Source: Eledone cirrhosa (Eukaryota). From it: DNA of 64,000 nt. Where the stretch lies: contig OZ024740.1 in assembly GCA_964016885.1 (NCBI GenBank), positions 402,194,001 through 402,258,000 of the forward strand. The letters are read 5' to 3'. Of this stretch, positions 62,409 through 64,000 are shown in pieces (the first letter of the stretch is position 1; every line of letters starts with the position of its first letter). Made by a program: the position numbers and the translations under genes. The notes beneath the pieces are model-generated. The model was not told the DNA's origin. It was given only the letters and a program-made list of their open reading frames with translations, and made no database searches.

Positions 62409-63130
62409 ATACATGCACACATATATATATATATGTACGTATGGATTCACCGAACAATTATTATAATGCTCGGTGTGTTTGTAAACAAACATCCCGTATT
62501 AAGCCGTAGTGTCTAGCAACCATCGTTGATCGTTTGTTCAACACTGACAAAGGAACGCTGTACTAGTTTCAAGCTTATTAGCTATCGTCAGCAACGTATA
62601 CCTTCCTGCCAGATAATTGAAAGTCCGAAAGTATATACTTACCTTATGCATATTAACGGCTGAGTAGCCCAATTTGCATATCGAGTGGGTTAATCGGCCG
62701 GGTGCACCGAAAACGATAAGCGGAAAAAATGTATACATATATGTATGTACGTATACATACTTATATTTAAGTAACAGCCGTACTAAGAGTGGGAAATGAA
62801 ATTTCGTTTCATTTTTTTCCGTTTATCGTTTTCGGTGCACCCGGCCGATTAACCCACTCGATATGCAAATTGGGCTACTCAGCCGTTAATATGCATAAGG
62901 TAAGTATATACTTTCGGACGTTCAACTATCCGGCAGGAAGGTATACGTTGCTGACGATAGCTAACAAGCTTGAAACTAGTACAGCGTTCCTTTGTCAGTG
63001 TTGAACAAACGAGCAACGATGGTTGCTAGACACTACGGCTTAATACGGGATGTTTGTTTACAAACACACCGAGCATTATAATAAATGTTTGGCGAATCCA
63101 TACGTACATATATATATGTGTGCATGTGTA
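62409..63130. mobile_element. Fold-back element (~320-bp arms) with canonical hammerheads at 62556-62596 (-) and 62946-62986 (+)
   Basis: Arms ~62409-62731 and 62810-63130. The motif reads CGTTG-CTGACGA-t AGCT aaca AGCT t-GAAA-CTAG-TA-CAGCG. Confidence 0.85.
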
Positions 63131-63600
63131 ATTGGAGTGTAATTGGGGTGTAATTGGAAAAAAATGTCTTTAGATGAATATCACAGGTCCATTCATGTTG
63201 CCATCTCTATATGTTTGTATGTATGTTTGTATGTATGTATCTGTGTGTGTGTGTGTATGTATGTGTGTGTGTGTGTGTGTATGTGTGTGTGTGCGAACGT
63301 GTATAATCTAATTTTTATATATGTAAGACTGCATTTCCACGTTATTTCCTTATTTACGAATGCCTCACTGTCTCTGTCTTTAGTTTTCGTCTGTCTCTCT
63401 CTTTCAACTGAACTAACATACAAGTAAAGTATGTGCCCGACACTATTGAGGTGTGGTGGCAGCAAGAACAGGCGTGAGTGGGCGGGAGGATTCAAATTAC
63501 TTACGGAGATGGAAAAGAAGGTTTCCACGGTCACATATATACACATCAATGCACTAGCTTCAATATAATATATATAATCAAACACACAAACACACACACC

Positions 63601-63631
<31 letters not shown>

Positions 63632-63635
<4 letters not shown>

Positions 63636-64000
63636 GTGTCTACTTTAGGCACAAGGCCAGCAATTATCCCAGTGTATTACTGGTACTATATATTATCGAC
63701 CCCGTAAGTATGAAAGCCAAAGTTAACCTCGGCGGGATTTGAACTCAGAATGGCAAGGGCAGTAACTCTATGCGCCAAAGGATGGCGTCTGACCCTCTAC
63801 CGATACTGCCAATCCACAATGGTGTGGGTGTTTGTGTTTGATTATATATATGGTGGTGTATTGGCAGTATAGGTAAAGGGTCGGACGCCATGCTTTGACG
63901 CATAGAGTTACGGCCCTTGCCATTCTGAGTTCAAATCCCGCCGAGGTTAACTTTGCCTTTCATCCTTACGGGGTCGATAAAATAAAGTACCAGTAATACA
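63632..64000. mobile_element. Head-to-head inverted pair of Meta-domain SINEs (63632-63818 -, 63852-64000 +)
   Basis: The + copy has A-box-like TGGCAGTATAGG, B-box GAGTTCAAATCC and the core GCCTTTCATCCTTACGGGGTCGATAAAATAAAGTACCAG. Confidence 0.85.

Overview
This is AT-rich, microsatellite-dense eukaryotic non-coding DNA, most likely from an octopod cephalopod (inferred from the Meta-domain tRNA-SINE family and the repeat landscape). No host protein-coding gene can be supported, and almost all ORF-track entries are microsatellite translations. The window is a mosaic of retroelements: Penelope-like elements (PLEs; one near-complete YRDD-type copy plus several GIY-YIG and N-terminal fragments), an RTE LINE with non-autonomous derivatives, R4/Dong-type RLE LINEs, CR1, Tx1/L1 and CRE remnants, SINEs, a piggyBac-type MITE and a 22-bp minisatellite. 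The most striking pattern is about a dozen fold-back (long inverted repeat) elements, most next to (TA)n tracts, together with more than 20 hand-identified minimal type-I hammerhead ribozyme motifs. These include U3-A8 and C4 core variants and typically have a palindromic stem III. One fold-back has a tRNA-derived head, and all three R4-type insertions sit in the (CATA)n tails of RTE-derived elements. All alignments and folds were done by eye, so coordinates are approximate to a few bases.
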